The position numbers and the translations under genes are program-made. Below the pieces are notes generated by a model, which saw only the letters and a list, made by a program, of their open reading frames with translations, searched no databases and was not told the DNA's origin. From contig OZ249448.1 in NCBI GenBank assembly GCA_965235115.1, positions 22,010,001 to 22,074,000 of the forward strand: a stretch of 64,000 nucleotides of DNA, written 5' to 3'. Of this stretch, positions 62,801-64,000 are shown piece after piece. Numbering within the stretch: position 1 is the stretch's first letter; each line of letters opens with the position of its first letter. This stretch comes from Laetmonice hystrix. Its lineage: Eukaryota.

Positions 62801-63985
62801 ATAGAGTCCGAATTACTCTTAACCTTTGCGTCTTATGTTTTTCAGTACATCTTAAATCAACTTGTTTAGATTTAAGGGCAACAGTTAGTTCTTAATGTTT
62901 CACATTCTTGGCGTTTTACTCGGTAATCTTCAGTGCCGCGTTTCAACCCAGCGTTTCTACGTCAGGCTGAATGAATTAAGTGAACGCTTTTTGTGTGACA
63001 GCTCTTCTGTCGATGATACCAGACTCTCACAGAGAAAACCATGGTAACCCGTGAAAACTGCCTGTGTGGCATAAAATAATCCTCACTCAGCTGATTCTGT
63101 AAACATGGAGCAGTACATCTGAGAACACCTGTTTGTTGGATGGAGGAGCTGCGGAAGGCGATGAGACGGAACGGTGGAGAAAAAAACTGGATTATGAGGG
63201 CTTTCTATATTATAATGCACACACCTGGCCAGGCAAAAGTGTACTGTGAAATGGATTTTAACAGATAATGTATATATTCCCTGATTATCTGATTTACTAA
63301 CAATGTGCTCATGACAGTCCTGCCAGATGACTGGAATAATTATGATCGTCGCTACCACTATACACTGAGAACACTGACGGATCGACTCATTGCTCTCTGG
63401 ATATGCTGAGGCACATTTCTCTCAAAACACCTGATGAATTATGTTATCATACCTGAGAGCACATGTTGATCTCCTTCTACCTGCACTCATTCTACCCTAA
63501 TCAGACCTCATGGATCACCTCTCCCCCCCGGCCTATTGATTATATGAAGGATTAACCCATTGCATTGCAACCCTCAACTTAAAGGCCGCTGTCCACTGGA
63601 TTTGCTGCGGGCGGCGGTCTTGCAATGCGATTATTTTACTGCAGTCATTTTTCACTGCGTTTCCTAGACGCAAGCAGATAATTGCCATGCCCTTGTCTAT
63701 TGCTGACTTGCGTGCGTGTGGTCGTGGGTGCAAGCACAGACTTTAACATTTAAATTTGGCGCCGACGTTTGGTCACGTGAATGTCACTTCTCCCTACGGG
63801 CATCTTCACCATCTTTCTGTCACTTGTGTATACGGTCGAGGGATTATGGTCACATGACAGAAACTCTTTCCCCTCCATTGACTTTATGACGTTGTTCTGA
63901 TTTATTTTAATACATATACCGTATGATGAAGTTTAATTATTTGTAAGCCTGTTGAGACTAAAATGTTATCATTTTCTGTTTACAG

Positions 63986-64000
63986 AGTGTTACTAGTAGT
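63986..64000 (+). CDS. Candidate start of a further exon running off the window (phase 0: SVTSS...)
   Basis: Strong acceptor atcattttctgtttacag ending at 63985. Only 15 nt of the exon are visible. Confidence 0.25.

Overview
Animal (invertebrate-like) genomic DNA, with no prokaryotic features. The window is dominated by one + strand multi-exon gene reconstructed from GT-AG sites with consistent codon phases. Exon 1 (422-478, MDVEFAAYAGKDERTLRAL) joins 33426 to form a smoothelin-type N-terminus. The product has four smoothelin-type helical motifs, each split by a phase-0 intron at the same residue, a 16-aa repeat region, and four I-set Ig domains, one per exon. The 3' end is unresolved: no calponin-homology domain is seen in the window, and the gene may continue past 64000. 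The 33-kb first intron holds a ~5.2-kb exon with a 1,600+ codon low-complexity ORF that can supply an alternative N-terminus. About 14-15 kb (roughly 23%) is tandem repeat with 21-67 bp units, and these arrays explain most long ORFs in the track. Three intronic arrays arise at exon boundaries and multiply splice sites. Also present are a CMC/EnSpm-like non-autonomous element with TIRs and a 2-bp TSD, a hairpin MITE, short palindromic inserts and decayed LINE fragments. No rRNA, tRNA or CRISPR array was found. All calls are from manual reading, with no database searches run.
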